Shown here piece by piece: positions 1 through 13,555 of a stretch of DNA of 64,000 bases (position 1 is its first letter; the number at the start of each line of letters is the position of its first letter). The stretch is taken from positions 34,782,001-34,846,000 of the forward strand of contig NC_042998.1 in assembly GCF_006345805.1 (NCBI RefSeq). Reading direction: 5' to 3'. Source of the DNA: Octopus sinensis. Taxonomy: Eukaryota. The notes beneath the pieces are model-generated. The model was not told where the DNA came from, ran no database searches, and worked only from the letters and a program-made list of their open reading frames with translations. A program made the translations under genes and the position numbers.

Positions 1-295
1 GTTGCGTATTTGGAGTGAGAGACTAATTATCGAAAATACGATAAATACTATCCCCAGCTTTGAAGCCACAAATATCAGCCTTGTTAAATAATTGGTTAAT
101 CTCCAGACGAATAAACTGAGGGAGTTTTTTTTATTCAAGATCTTCGTGGTTTTCGACTGAAACTTGAATTTAACATGTGAAGAGTAACTACTAACAGCAT
201 GGCTGGACATCATCAACAACAACTAAACCGAGGAATAGAACGAAAACAACAGCTCAACAGGTAAAACAGATTCTTTGTAGCTGTAGTTACAGAAG

Positions 296-683
296 GTGGA
301 GGCGCAATGGCCCAGTGGTTAGGGCAGCGGACTCGCGGTCATAGGATCGCGGTTTGGATTCCCAGACCGGGCGTTGTGAGTGTTTATTGAGCGAAAACAC
401 CTAAAGCTCCACGAGCCTCCGGCAGGGGATGGTGGTGATCCCTGCTGTACTCTTTCACCACAACTTTCTCTCACTCTTACTTCCTGTTTCTGTTGTACCT
501 GTATTTCAAAGGACCGGCCTTGTCACTCTCTGTGTCACGCTGAATATCCCCGAGAACTACCTTAAGGGTACACGTGTCTGTGGAGTGCTCAGCCACTTAC
601 ACGTTAATTTCACGAGCAGGCTGTTCCGTTGATTCGGATCAACCGGAACCCTCGTCGTAGTAACCGACGGAGTGCTTCCATCC
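296..683 (+). mobile_element. tRNA-derived SINE, family A (GGAGGCGCAATGGCCCAGTGGTTAGGGCAGCGGACTCGCGG head)
   Basis: tRNA-like head with A/B-box-like motifs; 11-bp TSD AGTTACAGAAG at 285-295 and 684-694; near-identical to 11922-12289. Confidence 0.92.
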
Positions 684-927
684 AGTTACAGAAGAAACCG
701 TAACTACAAAACTCATTTTTCTTGGAATGTAACTCTGGTAAATTTTCTCATTGTTACGTACAAATGTAGCAGGGTCTCATATGAGGAAAATTATCGAGAT
801 TTTACCCAAGTAATTAATGAAGTTGCTTGAAGTGAGTGAAAATAACAGACGTTTTTGGTTCTTAGACATCTTCAAAGAAGCATATACTAATCATACACTA
901 CTCAGATGGCAAGTTTGCATGGGTTCA

Positions 928-966
<39 letters not shown>

Positions 967-1251
967 ATATAGTTTCATCTTGTTTCTTCGTTTCTCTCCG
1001 TATTGATATATGGAAAATTAAGGTGGTTTTAGAGTCAGATCATGGCTGCTATTTTCAGCATGGTGGTATCTCGTAGATACCCTAATTTATAATTTTAATA
1101 ATTATTACCTTCGAAGGTTATTTCTTCCATGCTGGCCACTTGATAAAATCGTTATTCTATTTTAAATTAACGATCTTATCCTTATTTATATGAATATATA
1201 TATACATCCAATTAGAATTTTTCTTTTGCCCTTATTTTATATGCCTTATAT

Positions 1252-1306
<55 letters not shown>

Positions 1307-1571
1307 CATAGAAATTAAGTGAATGTGAGTGAAATATAGTGACGCTGATTATGAATATCAACAATATTTATGAGAGAAAATATGATAAGAGTGCGTTCTG
1401 CATAATATATACAAAAAGAAACGGTATGGTTACATATCTGTAATAGACAAAGCTGAAAATTTTGATCGACAAAACATGAGAGAAAGCTCCAACAAAATAA
1501 GTTGTTCAAAATGTTTAGATAATGTAGACGATATAAATTCAATTGCTTTGACTTTTAAAGCGTTTTATTTT

Positions 1572-1620
1572 AAGTAATGGACATGTTTCGGTCGTTTTAG
1601 ACCTCATTAGCGAATACTCA
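1572..1620 (-). ncRNA. Hammerhead-like motif, probably inactivated
   Basis: CTAATGA-GGTC-TAAAAC-GACC-GAAA-CATGTC. Palindromic ACATGT stem III and GUC triplet, but G5 to A in the core and a weak stem I. Confidence 0.6.
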
Positions 1621-2555
1621 ATCGGCATTTATATATAAATAGTGTGTCTGAAAGAGCGGGCGTCTAACTTCTTAAGTGCAACGTCTTTGGTCTAATTATG
1701 ATTCTTCGTTTATTTATCTTTCATTTTCTTTGTAGGAGTGATTTTTAAAAATTATTTAGAAATATTATTTCTGATGGACTATATACACATACACGACATA
1801 CATACACAAAATACACACACTTACACACACACACACATAGACACACACACACAAACACACACACACAAAACACACACACACACATAAAACACACGCACAC
1901 GTCACTCGCAAGGGAATATGACCTGATAACTTGCACCATGCTTTTGCTAGATCCTTCTTTTGTGCCTATGCAGGCAAGATAAACACCCTCTCGGTGTTGG
2001 TGCCATTGACCAGGCAAGACATTGAGAGTGTGACAGCAAGAAGGAAAGAGAACTGCACCAGCAACGCGTCGCCTGGTCCTGGAATCGCGTGATTATATGA
2101 ACACCTATTTATATGTATGTACACACGCACACATATAATAAAACACGCATAAAAAGATATTAGGTATGTACATACACATATACCTACAAACGTGTACTAA
2201 TATGAATGGCGTTTGTTTACATATCAGATGCATACAATTAGACAACACAGCGATAATTACAACTCATAATGATTGTAATGGCGTACTTTAATGTACATTT
2301 CAAGATATCAAGGACATGCTCATTAGTTCATTATTAATTATATGATTGGCTGTATGGCAGACGACATTTAGTCGCTATAAAAAGCTATCCGGTATAACAT
2401 TCTCCATGACCAGAAAAAAAAGGTGCGTGTTCTTTGAAGCAATCCCAGCGAAAGATGAGATCTGATCGGTCCAATCTTCCTATCTCCGTCTACGGAGAAA
2501 TGTTTATATGTATTAAAAATATTGGGTCATTCAATACGGCAATAGTCAAATATTA

Positions 2556-2970
2556 TTTCTCTATTCTAGGCACAAGGCCATAAATTATTATTTTTTTTAG
2601 TGTGGGGTGGGGGGCAGTCGATTAGATCGACCTCATTATGCAACTGGTACTTAATTTATCGACCCCGATAGGGATGAAAAGCAAAGTCGACCTCGGCGGA
2701 ATTCGAACTCAGAACGTAACGGCAGACGAAATACCTATTTCTTTACTACCCACAAGGAGCTAAACACTGAGCGGACAAACAAGGACAGACAAACGGATTA
2801 AGTCGATTATATCGACCCCAGTGCGTAACTGGTACTTAATTTATCGACCCTGAAAGGATGAAAGGCAAAGTCGACCTCAGCGGAATTTGAACTCAGGAAC
2901 GTAAGGGCAGACGAAAAACGGCTACGCATTCCGCTCGGCGTGCTAACGTTTCTGCCAGCTCGCCACCTTA
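2556..2970 (-). mobile_element. SINE family B (GGCGGCGAGCTGGCAGAAACGTTAGCACG head; Nin/Deu-like core GCCTTTCATCCTTTCGGGGTCGATAAATTAAGTACCAG), dimeric
   Basis: Two core repeats; TSD AATAGTCAAATATT on both sides. Confidence 0.88.
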
Positions 2971-3365
2971 GAGAATAGTCAAATATTGAACTGCATATAC
3001 CTTCGAATTTACTTTTCAGCATAACGGACATACTCTTTTTTAGTGCATTAGTTCTTTAGAAAATTGACTAACGTAATCAGTACTAATTGATTCCAGTAAT
3101 GTCATAATATTTATTACCTATGACTTTCAATGGACTACATATCCTTCTCCGTAAATAAATACAGGTGAGTAGTCGGCCTTTGAAGAAACGTCAACTAGAA
3201 TCGAAACCAGTTGAGACCAATCCCCACCTTCTTGTCTAAGAAGTGATAAAGAAGACATTTGTTTATTTTTACGAAAATGGATTCGTTTACGCATCATAAG
3301 GTTCGTTGAAGCTTCGTACTGCCTATAAAGATATGCTTTTACCTATATTTCGATACCCCAACACA

Positions 3366-3444
<79 letters not shown>

Positions 3445-3701
3445 AATACAAAAATGGGACAAGAACACAAAACATCCAGACAGATGATACAAAAAAGGGT
3501 CATGAAAAAAAACAAGGACGCGTCATTCGGAGTTTTCTTTCCTCAGTCGAGTTCCAGATTATCTTTGCAATTTCGGCTGGTTATACTCGAGATTGCTCCA
3601 ATCTGGCGAGCCCCAAGGAAAACCTAATCTAAGAGCACGGAGAAATGGTATACAAATACAAATGCAAATAACATGATATATATATATGTACATATACATA
3701 C

Positions 3702-3742
<41 letters not shown>

Positions 3743-4820
3743 CGTATGCATGTATATATATATGTATGTGTGTGCTTTGTATACATGTGGTTGTGTGGTG
3801 ACATGAAAACAGAATGACAATAAAGCCAAAGTTATATTCCATGATATGTGATAAAAATAAATATTGATCGTTCGTACAAGTAGTTTGGTTTGATAAAATC
3901 TCTGGCCTTAGAGATTTGATGAACGAGGAAGAAAATCTTCGAACGTAGTGAAATAATTCATTTCATTGATAAGTTAACATGAGATACGTTTCACAACGAT
4001 TCTATCATCACTTTACAATGCATTGCTGAATAATAGGTGTGATGGCCGTCGTCAATGTGCGGACATGTTTAAGTCTGTTCAGCTGTCAGTTAACTGTATC
4101 CTGTGTCACATTGTGTTCTGTCATTGATTGAAGTATTTCACTGTCGTCGTCCTATTATATCTGTAGTGGAGAGGTTATCTTCACATTTAACATTTTAATA
4201 CACGATTTTCACTTTGAACAACAGAATTGTTTGGTTTTAATTTACCGGTACACCGAGTTGGTCAAAGCGACTAAAGAATCTTCTTCAGTGATAATTCATT
4301 GTAATAGTGATCTCTTTTTAATATTAGGTTGGAAGAACTAATGATATAAGATTCAATGAATGGAATGTTGTGAAGTTCATTCATATCTTTTCCAAATACG
4401 CTCTGAAATTATGTTGTTTCACTTAAGAATTTACAAAGGATCATAGAATCAATATTAACAGTTAAGTGCTTCTTAACGGGCACTTAACCCTTAAACATAC
4501 AGCTTAGTATGATTTAAGGAAACGAAACAGAATCTAAGTAATAAGTTAAATGAAAGAACTTCATTGAAATACATCTAAACATTTAAGCAAAAAGTATTCT
4601 ATAATGATTTCATACGCTTATGATACTCAATGCCACAGAAGAAAATATATTGTTGCAAACACTTGTGAACCGACATGATATTTGATGATTATTTCTTCAA
4701 CAGATACTTGCATTTTGTGTTTCTGTGTTGCATTTCTAGAATTCGCAAAGATAAAAAATACAAGCATTGAAAAAATTCTTTTTTGGTATGATCAGTCCTG
4801 ATATGTAGAGTTTTATTCGT

Positions 4821-4924
4821 TCATAGATTTGTAACCGAAGTGCTTTGATAGGCGGAATTGTTTCTTCGCATCATTATTTCTTCTGGATTCCGTTTCTGCA
4901 TACACCTCATCGTGTCTCGAAGAC
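4821..4924 (-). CDS. GPCR terminal coding exon (C-terminal tail and stop)
   Basis: Acceptor T-run-AACGTAG. Phase-1 join gives (G)LRDTMRCMQKRNPEEIMMRRNNSAYQSTSVTNL*, completing helix 8 with a Cys, followed by a Ser/Thr-rich tail and TGA at 4821-4823. Confidence 0.85.
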
Positions 4925-5780
4925 CTACGTTAAAAAAAAAAAGAATGGCATATGGTAAATTATGGTAAAAGAAAAAAAAACATTCATATAAAACTTGGAA
5001 GTGATAAATACTTATAACAATTTACTGCAATAAACTTTTTATAAAATCGCTGAGAAATTTATTGTTCAATCCTTTTACACAGCAGCTGGCAGTTGAACCT
5101 GGAGCTCTGGATTGTAAAGAGTCATCTGATATCGTAACAAGGTACCATACCGAAATAACAGTGAATCTACTTTAAGAAAGTAAGACAGTGGAGAATATTA
5201 TTTGTGTATATTGGTAAACATAAAAAACTAAAACGGTAGTAGCAAGATAAAGATTAAGGTAGATAAGGAAGTCTGTTAACCATCATAAATAAAAGCAATG
5301 CATTCGATAAGGTTTCAATTCTCAGAGATTTTACAAATACCTGATTCGTTGGTATATTTAATAAAGGCAACCGAAGACATTAACGTAGAAGATAACCGAC
5401 ACAAAATAAAAGTGATCTATTTGAGATACAATTAAGTCTTGGAATGGTAAATGTATCTTCCAGAGTGAAGCTAATATATCATAAGATAAAGAATAAGCTT
5501 TATTTTGTAAGGTGCATTTTCTTTCCAAGCTCAGAGCGATTGCGAAGGCCAAAAGAAAATGCATATTGCAAACTTTAGAATGCAATAGAAGTCAGGAAAT
5601 TGTGTGGCTGTCTAAGAAATATTATAAAATACTTTTTAGTAATACTTTTAATTAATACCTTTAACTGGTGATTTTAAAACACACACACACACATACATAC
5701 ATACATACATACATACATACATACACAACACATATATACACAATACATATATACACAATACATATATACATGCAGATATA

Positions 5781-6440
5781 CAGGGGTTGGACAAAATAAT
5801 GGAAACACCTTAAAATTTCAAAGAAATTAATTTTAATATGGTGTAGGACCGCCTTTGGCAGTAATTACAGCTTGAATTCTACGAGGTATGGACTCGTACA
5901 AAGTTTGAATTGTTTCCAAAGGAATTTTTGTCCATTACTCAGCTAAAACAGTCTCCAGTTCTTGTAGTGATGATGGTGGAGGATATCGACTCCTAACTTG
6001 TTTTTCTAAAATGCACCATAAATGTTCAATAGCACTGAGATCTGGGGACAGTGGTGGCCAGGTAATATGTTCAACTTCACTAGAATGTTCCTCGTGCCAT
6101 TCAGTAACAACTTTTGCTGTATGAATTGGTGCATTATCATCCCGGCCCTCCGGAAACAGCTCCGCAACCATAGGATGAATTTGATCAGATAAAATGCAGA
6201 AATAGTCTAGACTATTAATTCTGCCATGAACGGAAACCACAGGGTCAGCGGATTTCCAAGATATAACACACCCCAGATCATCACAGATACTCCTACATGT
6301 TTAACAGTTGGAAGAAGGCAGTCTGGATCAAATGCTTATTTTGGCTGTCTCCACACGTATACTCGGCCGGTGATCGGAAATAAGGTAAAGGATGACTCGT
6401 TTGAGAAAATAACATTCTTCCACTGTTCTAGAGACCAATT
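5781..6440 (-). mobile_element. Tc1-like transposon, 3' fragment of a DD34E transposase pseudogene with one TIR
   Basis: ORF 5935-6240 has DDNAPIHTAK...WPPLSPDLSAIEHLW; terminal TA-CAGGGGTTGGACAAAATAATGGAAACACC. Confidence 0.9.
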
Positions 6441-6965
6441 CTATAGATTTTATATATACAAAAATTGTGGGATTCGCCAAACAACGGAGAAGAAAGAGGA
6501 AAAGTTTGAGAAGGAGGGGGAGGTAAAGAGGCGTGGCTTGCTTTTGTATTGGTGTGGTCAGACTTGTTTGTTTAATACTTAGTGACCTTTTAGGGTGGGG
6601 AAGGAAAAAAATGAAATTTTGTATTTGAATTGGTTAAGGATTATAATTGAAAAACCAGATGTTATTATAATTGCATTTCCAGGTCTTGTTTTTTACTCTC
6701 TTGTATTCATTAAAGAATGGCTGTATGGACGTAGTCAACTTTTTTGATAGAAATTCTAGATGCTTTCGATTTAGTTGTTTTTGTAGCTACAACTTTCTCT
6801 GACCTTTCTGTTTGGCCTGCTCGCTTAGCCAGCGGGGTGGCGTCATTTGAAGGCTAAAACAATGCGAAGCGCATTGTGTCCAGCGATGTGTAGCAACATC
6901 TGATAGCTTGGTCGGTCACGGTGATCACGGTGATACATACATACATACATACATACATACATACA

Positions 6966-7441
6966 TCGAAGCGACAAGTCGCGTATTTGGAAAGGGAGAC
7001 TATTTATCGAAAATACGACGAATACTATCTCCAGCTTTGGAGTCACAACTATCAGCCTTGTTAAATAATTGATTAATCTTCTGATGAATTAATTGAGGGA
7101 GTCTTTTATTTACGATCTTAGTGATTTTCGACTGAAACTTGAATTTAGCATGCAGAGAGTTACTCCAAACAGCATGGTTGGACACAACATCAACAACAAC
7201 ACAACGGAGGAGCCGAACGTAAACAACAGCTCAACAGGTATGAGCATGTCTAGATATACAAGTATATGCATGAGAATACATACATAAAACAAAACATGCA
7301 AATCTGTACACGTAGAGACATGCAAACAAAAATACCCTGTTGTTAGTGTTGAAATTCCAATGGAGGAACCTTGGATTTGGGGTAGAAACCAGTTCTTCCT
7401 CTATTGGCATGAAATCTTGAAATAAAGCTGGACAGTGGCAT
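6966..7441 (+). mobile_element. Short bipartite element: 5' module shared with 1-263 fused to the 3' UTR of the R4/Dong element
   Basis: 6975-7240 matches 1-263; 7238-7441 matches the reverse complement of 43883-44180; both ends sit in (TACA)n. Confidence 0.75.
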
Positions 7442-7687
7442 ACATACATACATACATTTGGAGAGTTTAGGAAAAAAACAAAGGACGAAGATAGGTGGTG
7501 TACAAAACAAACAGATGTATTAGTATAACGCTCAGGAATAGAAAAAGTCTTTTACGTTTCGATCCTACGCTCTTCTACAGAAAGGGACACAGAAAAAAAC
7601 AAGGAGAGAAAAAATACATACATACATACATACATACATACATACATACATACATACATACAGGCATTCATATACATACATACATAC

Positions 7688-8160
7688 AATATGGCGTCGC
7701 TTATAGACGCGTTGGCAAAGAGGATTATTCATATTCCAAAATAATGAATGTTATCCTCTACAATTTTCACCACCAATGCAAGCCTGGTAAGAGAAATGGT
7801 TATCCTCTTTAAGTAAACGCAAAGGAACAATCTTGTTTTGAAAAGATCGTAGCAGTAATCAAACAGTGAAATAAAAAAAACGACATGGAAATTTATTAAT
7901 ACATACACTATGGCGACGAAAGGTCTCGAAGCCAGCCATCGCAGATCGCGGAGCTAACTAGAAAAATTCCAGTAGACTTTTGAACTGAACCAAGACCTGT
8001 ACCAATTCTACAGAAAGGCTAGGGAAGATCACTAGATAGGCTACATGAAGGGACTTAAAGAAATAACCAAACTTTTCAAATTCTTCAGAGAAACAATTAC
8101 GCCAGCAAGCTACATTTCTTGAAATACGTTGAACAAACACACACAAGACTGTCCGATATT
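7688..8160 (+). mobile_element. 5' end and N-terminal ORF remnant of an R4/Dong-like LINE
   Basis: Follows (TACA)n; reads KFQ*TFELNQDLYQFYRKAREDH*IGYMKGLKE...SEKQLRQQATF, resembling N-termini of R4-clade ORFs. Confidence 0.55.
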
Positions 8161-8199
8161 TAAGCGTTACACAGTTTGAAATATTTCAATAAACGTTTC

Positions 8200-9600
8200 A
8201 AAACAGTACGACCAAAGAATATTAGCTCTGGACGCGTGCTTAAGAATTCCTATTAAAATATCAATTTTCTACCGAAATACAAATTTCACAATAATGAATA
8301 AAAGATTTCTAACATCTCCCAAATAGTTTTGTAGTTTCTGATATCGTCAGATTTTAAAGTTCGGATGTACTTTGGTAAATTTCCTTGAGATCTTTATGAA
8401 TTTCTGAAAATGTATTTATGTTGATTAATATTTAACTTAAACAAGTTTTCAGGCATCCCTATCTAATCCTTAGAAATAGTCACTAGTTGTGAATATTTTT
8501 GTACAATAAAATACCGATTCTGAAACACAATTGATTTGATGGGTTATTTACGAGGTTAAAACAATTGCACGAATGAAAACTCAATGAAGATAGCTGTATA
8601 ATATGTTTACAATTAATATCTTCAATTTCTATAGAAAATTATATCTTCAACTAAATCTCAATACAGCATTCTTTATTTTAAAAAATCCTGCGACGTATAT
8701 GATTTTCCGCAAAATATTTATCGAGCTAAGTTAAATGGCGCACGAAACCAAACAACTTTATCGTTTGTATTTTCCGTGTCTGAGAATTAATACGGTAAAA
8801 GAATTAGTATAATTCCATTTTAACCATATAGCATTATCGGAAGAAAGAAAATGGTCTTGTATGCTTGATTAAAATCACTGACTGAAATATAATTCTTGGC
8901 AAAAGCTAATGGTTTTTGGACAAAACGATTTAGTTGTCGAAGTGTGAAATTCAATGTTATAAAACTGGATAAATATGTCAAGATCTTTATTACTAATATC
9001 ATTCGACCAATTAATAATAGAAATCTGCTACTCTTTACTGGCAAATTGGTATTTTGCGTAATTTTAAGAATAATATTGTACATTTTTTACTTCACTTAAA
9101 TCGCTTTGAATTAGATTTAGTGGCGTAGAAGATGGAATATTAATAAAATTTTGATAGAATTCTTCAATTCAATATAAAGTCTTCATAGTGTTAAGCGTGC
9201 AATTCTATCATTTGATTGTAATTCCGTCATTATTAGTTTCATAATTAATAGAATTAAATTTAGTGTCATTAGATTTTTTTAAATGAATATTAGAAATACT
9301 GTTAGAAGAAAGCAGATTATATACGTTGAAATTTTATACAAATATCTGGTTTTGTCTGAAGAAACAAAAATAATCTTAATGGCTTTAAATTATTCTTTAT
9401 AATCGTTTCAAACCTGTGGGGGGTAAGTCGAAAGCTGCTGTGGAGATGATCTTTTAGCTAATTTTGACAAACATTATTGATTCTAGTTTCGTTCTCAAAT
9501 TCTGTCGTAAAATCTCTATAATTTCAGTTCAAGAAATCTACTTTGTGTTAGCTACGCGAGAAATGTTGGTAGATGTAAAAATAGAATGTTGTAACGTTTA
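8200..9600 (-). mobile_element. Highly degenerate Penelope-like element (PLE) body
   Basis: Minus strand near 8790-8590 gives KVVWFRAPFNL and IIQLS, matching the PLE RT-EN linker motif RK.IWFNPPF...SYS; many stops. Confidence 0.5.
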
Positions 9601-9668
9601 TACCATTTGGCGAGAATATCAGGAAATAAGTGAATAAAGAAAATAATTAAAAGAAAGCAATATCTTAC

Positions 9669-9777
9669 CGTTACGAAAATTTTCATTGAAGCCCACGTAT
9701 ATGACAGGGTTCAGAGCAGCATTCGAATCAGCTAAGTACTGCGCGCAAAACTTAAGATCATAAAACCATGGGCTCAA
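9669..9777 (-). CDS. GPCR exon encoding TM7 and start of helix 8
   Basis: LSPWFYDLKFCAQYLADSNAALNPVIYVGFNENFRN(G) contains NPxxY and F-x-x-x-F-R. Acceptor GTATTTCAG, donor G|GTAAGA. 109 nt, phase 0 to 1. Not in the ORF track; read manually. Confidence 0.94.
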
Positions 9778-9953
9778 CTGAAATACAAAGAATCATGTCT
9801 TTGGAAAAGTCAAGTAAATTGTCAAGCATACAGTTTTAAACGACACGATTTCACTTGTGGATAATTTATAGCTTATACACAGAGAAGGCTGCGGCTGAAT
9901 AATAAATCAAACGTCGAGAATTAATTCAAGTTTAAATTTCGTAAAAGTTTGGA

Positions 9954-10003
9954 CATCATCATCATCATCATTATCATCATTTCTATCATTTCCATCATAC
10001 TCA

Positions 10004-10035
<32 letters not shown>

Positions 10036-10111
10036 CTTCTTCTTCTTCTCCTCCTCCTCCTCCACATCATTATCATCATCATCATCATCATCATCATCAT
10101 CGTCATCATCG

Positions 10112-10147
<36 letters not shown>
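9954..10147. repeat. Compound trinucleotide microsatellite (ATC)n-(TTC)n-(TCC)n-(ATC)n
   Basis: Directly visible; source of the poly-D/E/K ORFs. Confidence 0.97.
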
Positions 10148-10622
10148 CCTCCTCCACAGTTAGGAAACCTATTACTACCATCTTCATAGTTCAGGTGTGA
10201 AAACCCCGCCACCGATATCGCCGTCACAGTTTCTTCCTGTTCTCTCATTATTATTGCAACGTTGACAGACGTTGAAAGTTCACCTGTATCGGCAATAATA
10301 TCTAATTTAGTAGCAACGCCGAAAGCACCTGCATCAGAAAATATTAGCAGTTGTCAGAAATTTTTATTTCTCTATTATCATATCACTCTGTTCCAGACAA
10401 CGCTGACCACAACTTCAGAATGATTCTTAAAAATTTAGACTGAATAGTGAAAGGTCACGATACATTATGCAGATACGGTTTTCAGTTTACGGCAATTTTA
10501 CATTACAATGACCTCCGTGATTAGTAGAAGTCAAGAGGGTGGTTGTTCTATATTCCAGACATGAGGAATTCTGAACATTATTTACATTGGATGGATATGT
10601 GTCCTCATCTTGTTTGTTGTTA

Positions 10623-10666
10623 CCACAACGTTTCGGCTGTTTTACTTTCCAGCCTACATCAGGTGT
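10623..10666 (-). ncRNA. Degenerate hammerhead motif of the same family
   Basis: GACAC-CTGATGTA-GGCTG-loop-CAGCC-GAAAC-GTT-GTGGT; one core change. Confidence 0.6.
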
Positions 10667-10769
10667 CCTGGTAGAATTCTGAACCCAACCATGGGTTCTC
10701 ATTCATAAGGTAATTTTTGGCTGATGTTATTTTATTTTGCGAGTTCAATTCCAGGCAGTGCCTTGAATA

Positions 10770-10829
<60 letters not shown>

Positions 10830-11921
10830 TATTATTATTATTATCATTATTATTATTTTAGTTTAATGGCCTACCAATGTATACTATGAGTTTCTTTGCC
10901 CTAGGAGTCGGGAAGACACTCGGCAAGAAATGGAAGCAAATTTGAAAGAAGAAAAAAAAATAATGATAAGAAGAAGAAGAAGAAGAAGATATATAGGAGG
11001 TTATAGTTGTTTATTTTCAGTAAATATTATTTATATGTATTCAGAAATTTCGATAATATTTTTAAAATTCAGTTTTATATCCCTGCGTACGCCCGAGTAG
11101 CATCGTATATTTGATTTCTGAAGGGAATATTTTAAAAATTCCCCCAGAGGAAATAACTCCACATTAGACATAAGGCAGACAGCTGCTCAAATTTTCTTAC
11201 GTATCTTTTATATTCACAGACATGAGGTGCGAGGCGTAGGGGCTAGGTGAGTTACACTCGCGATCGATACATCGTCCGTTCGATTCCCGAACCAAGTGGG
11301 GGTGTTGTGTTCTTGAGAAAAACGCTTCATGTCACGATGTTCCAGTCCCCACCCCTGCTGTAAATGAGTAACCCTGCGACTGAATAGCCTTCCGATCTGG
11401 AGGAATTTTGACCAGCTCGCCTCGCCAGTCAGGTGGCATCATTGGAAAGCTAAACGAATGCGATACACATTGTGACCGACAGTCTGGCCGAGACCGCCAC
11501 ATAGACATGAGGACTAATATTATCAAGAAAACAATATTTTGAAGTTTATTTCGTTTTTGTATCTGGTTTGCAAGATTCTTTATGTGAATACGTGTGTTGA
11601 AACAAATTTTGTTGTATCTGGGGAGAGTCATACTACCTTAATATCTAATACACACTCTGGTTCAATTTCCACTCATTTATTATTTATATTATTTTAATAT
11701 ATTTTAAATATATATTATTAAATATTGTTTAAAATATTCTTTTATGACACTCATGCCTTTCTGAATTCCACTAGCATCCAGTGTGTGGTGTAAAACAGGA
11801 ACAGGGTCGCAGACACGGTTTTTGTTTTTCTTTTCTTTTCTGTTTTGAGAGTTAATGTCTGTTCAACTCTAGCCGTACTCAACGTTAACAATGGCTTCTT
11901 TGAATCGGTACACAACCCATA

Positions 11922-12289
11922 GTGGAGGCGCAATGGCCCAGTGATTAGGGCAGAGGACTCGCGGTTTCGATTCCCAGACCGGGCGTTGTGAGTGTTTATT
12001 GAGCGAAAACACTTAAAGCTCCACGAGGCTCCGGCAGGGATGGTGGTGATCCCTGCTGTACTCCTTCACCACAACTTTCTCTCACTCTTACTTCCTGTTT
12101 CTGTTGTACCTGTATTTCAAAGGGCCGGCCTTGTCACTCTCTGTGTCACGCTGAATATCCCCGAGAACTACGTTAAGGGTACACGTGTCTGTGGAGTGCT
12201 CAGCCGCTTACACGTTAATTTCACGAGCAGGCTGTTCTGTTGATCGGATCAACCGGAACCCTCGTCGTCGTAACCGACGGAGTGTTTCC
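11922..12289 (+). mobile_element. SINE family A copy
   Basis: Near-identical to 296-683; 12-bp TSD ACACAACCCATA at 11910-11921 and 12290-12301. Confidence 0.92.
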
Positions 12290-12920
12290 ACACAACCCAT
12301 ACGTACAGAGAAGAATAACATGAAAAGTTTTGTTATCAATCACTCTATATAATTAACTGTAGTTTGAAACAAAATAACTACAGCCAAGCTATTTCTCTTC
12401 TTATATCAACGACTTCGCTGACCAGGAAGTAAGAGTTTTGTCAAAAGTTTCTCTCAACTATGCAAGCACGACGAATATAACAAGACTTATAATGAAAATG
12501 ACAAACTGCAGATAAATGCTTTTATTAGTTTCATGTTTCATTTTCTCATTAACTCATCTCGTCTTGGTTACAGATCTAACGAAATTGTCTCAGGTTGTGG
12601 CATTAATAACATTTATCAAATAAAGATCAATACAAAAGTTAGCTTTGCATCCAGACCTAAAAATCTAGGTTATTTCCAAGTTGAGTTCAGTATCGGGCCT
12701 AATTGGTCAGCCGTTGATTATTCGCCTAATTTTGAATGATCCTAATTAAGGGATTCTTAAGAATGCTAAATAAAGTATAATCATGCAATGATTTCTAACA
12801 TTGCTGTCATCGTTCCTAGTGTCATCGGCGAGTTTTCATAAGAATTATTCCATTTTTGCTGACAAAAGTGTAAACCATTCGACCGTATAAACAGCATTGA
12901 TCAAGAAAATACTGGATAAT

Positions 12921-13555
12921 TTTTTTCTATTCTAAACACAAGGCCTGAAATTTTGGGAGAGGAGGTCAGTCGATTAGATCGACCCCAGTACGCAGTTTGG
13001 TACTTAATTTATCAACCCCGAAAGGATGAAAGGCAAAGTCGACCTCGGCGGAATTTGAACTCAGAACGGAATTTGAACTCATACCTATTTCTTTACTACC
13101 CACAACTCAGAACGTAGCGGCAGACGAAATACCTATTTCTTTACTACCCACAAGGGGCTAAACATAGAGAGGACAAACAAAGACAGACAAACGGATTAAG
13201 CCGATTATATCGACCCCAGTGCGTAACTGGTATTAATTCAATCAACCCCGAAAGGATGAAAGACAAAGTCGACCTCGGCGGAATTTGAACTCAGAACGTA
13301 ACGGCAGACGAAATACCTATTTTTTTACTACCCACAAGGGGCTAAACACAGAGAAGACAAACAAGGACAGACAGACAAAGGGATTAAGTTGATTATATCG
13401 ACCTCAGTGCGAAACTGGTACATATTTAATCGATCCCGAAAGGATGAAAGGCAAAGTTGACCTCGGCGGAATTTGAACTCAGAAAGGAAGGGCAGACGAA
13501 ATACGGCTACGCATTTCGCCCGGCGCGCTAACGTTTCTGCCAGCTCGCTGCCTTA
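12921..13555 (-). mobile_element. SINE family B, trimeric with internal duplications
   Basis: Three tandem core modules; 18-bp TSD AAGAAAATACTGGATAAT on both sides. Confidence 0.9.

Noticed and set aside
380-632. Recurrent ORFs such as MFIERKHLKLHE and MVVIPAVL
   Set aside because: They recur only because they lie inside SINE family A copies.
3515-3640. Further hammerhead candidates (also near 15870, 47940, 56730 and 62690)
   Set aside because: Only half of the core or no stem II could be found; they may be decayed PLE repeats.
9907-10248. ORFs with poly-D/E/K, poly-I/L and similar low-complexity products, and the many HT/CV/YI-repeat ORFs across the window
   Set aside because: They are translations of microsatellites that lack stop codons; no domain or splice support.
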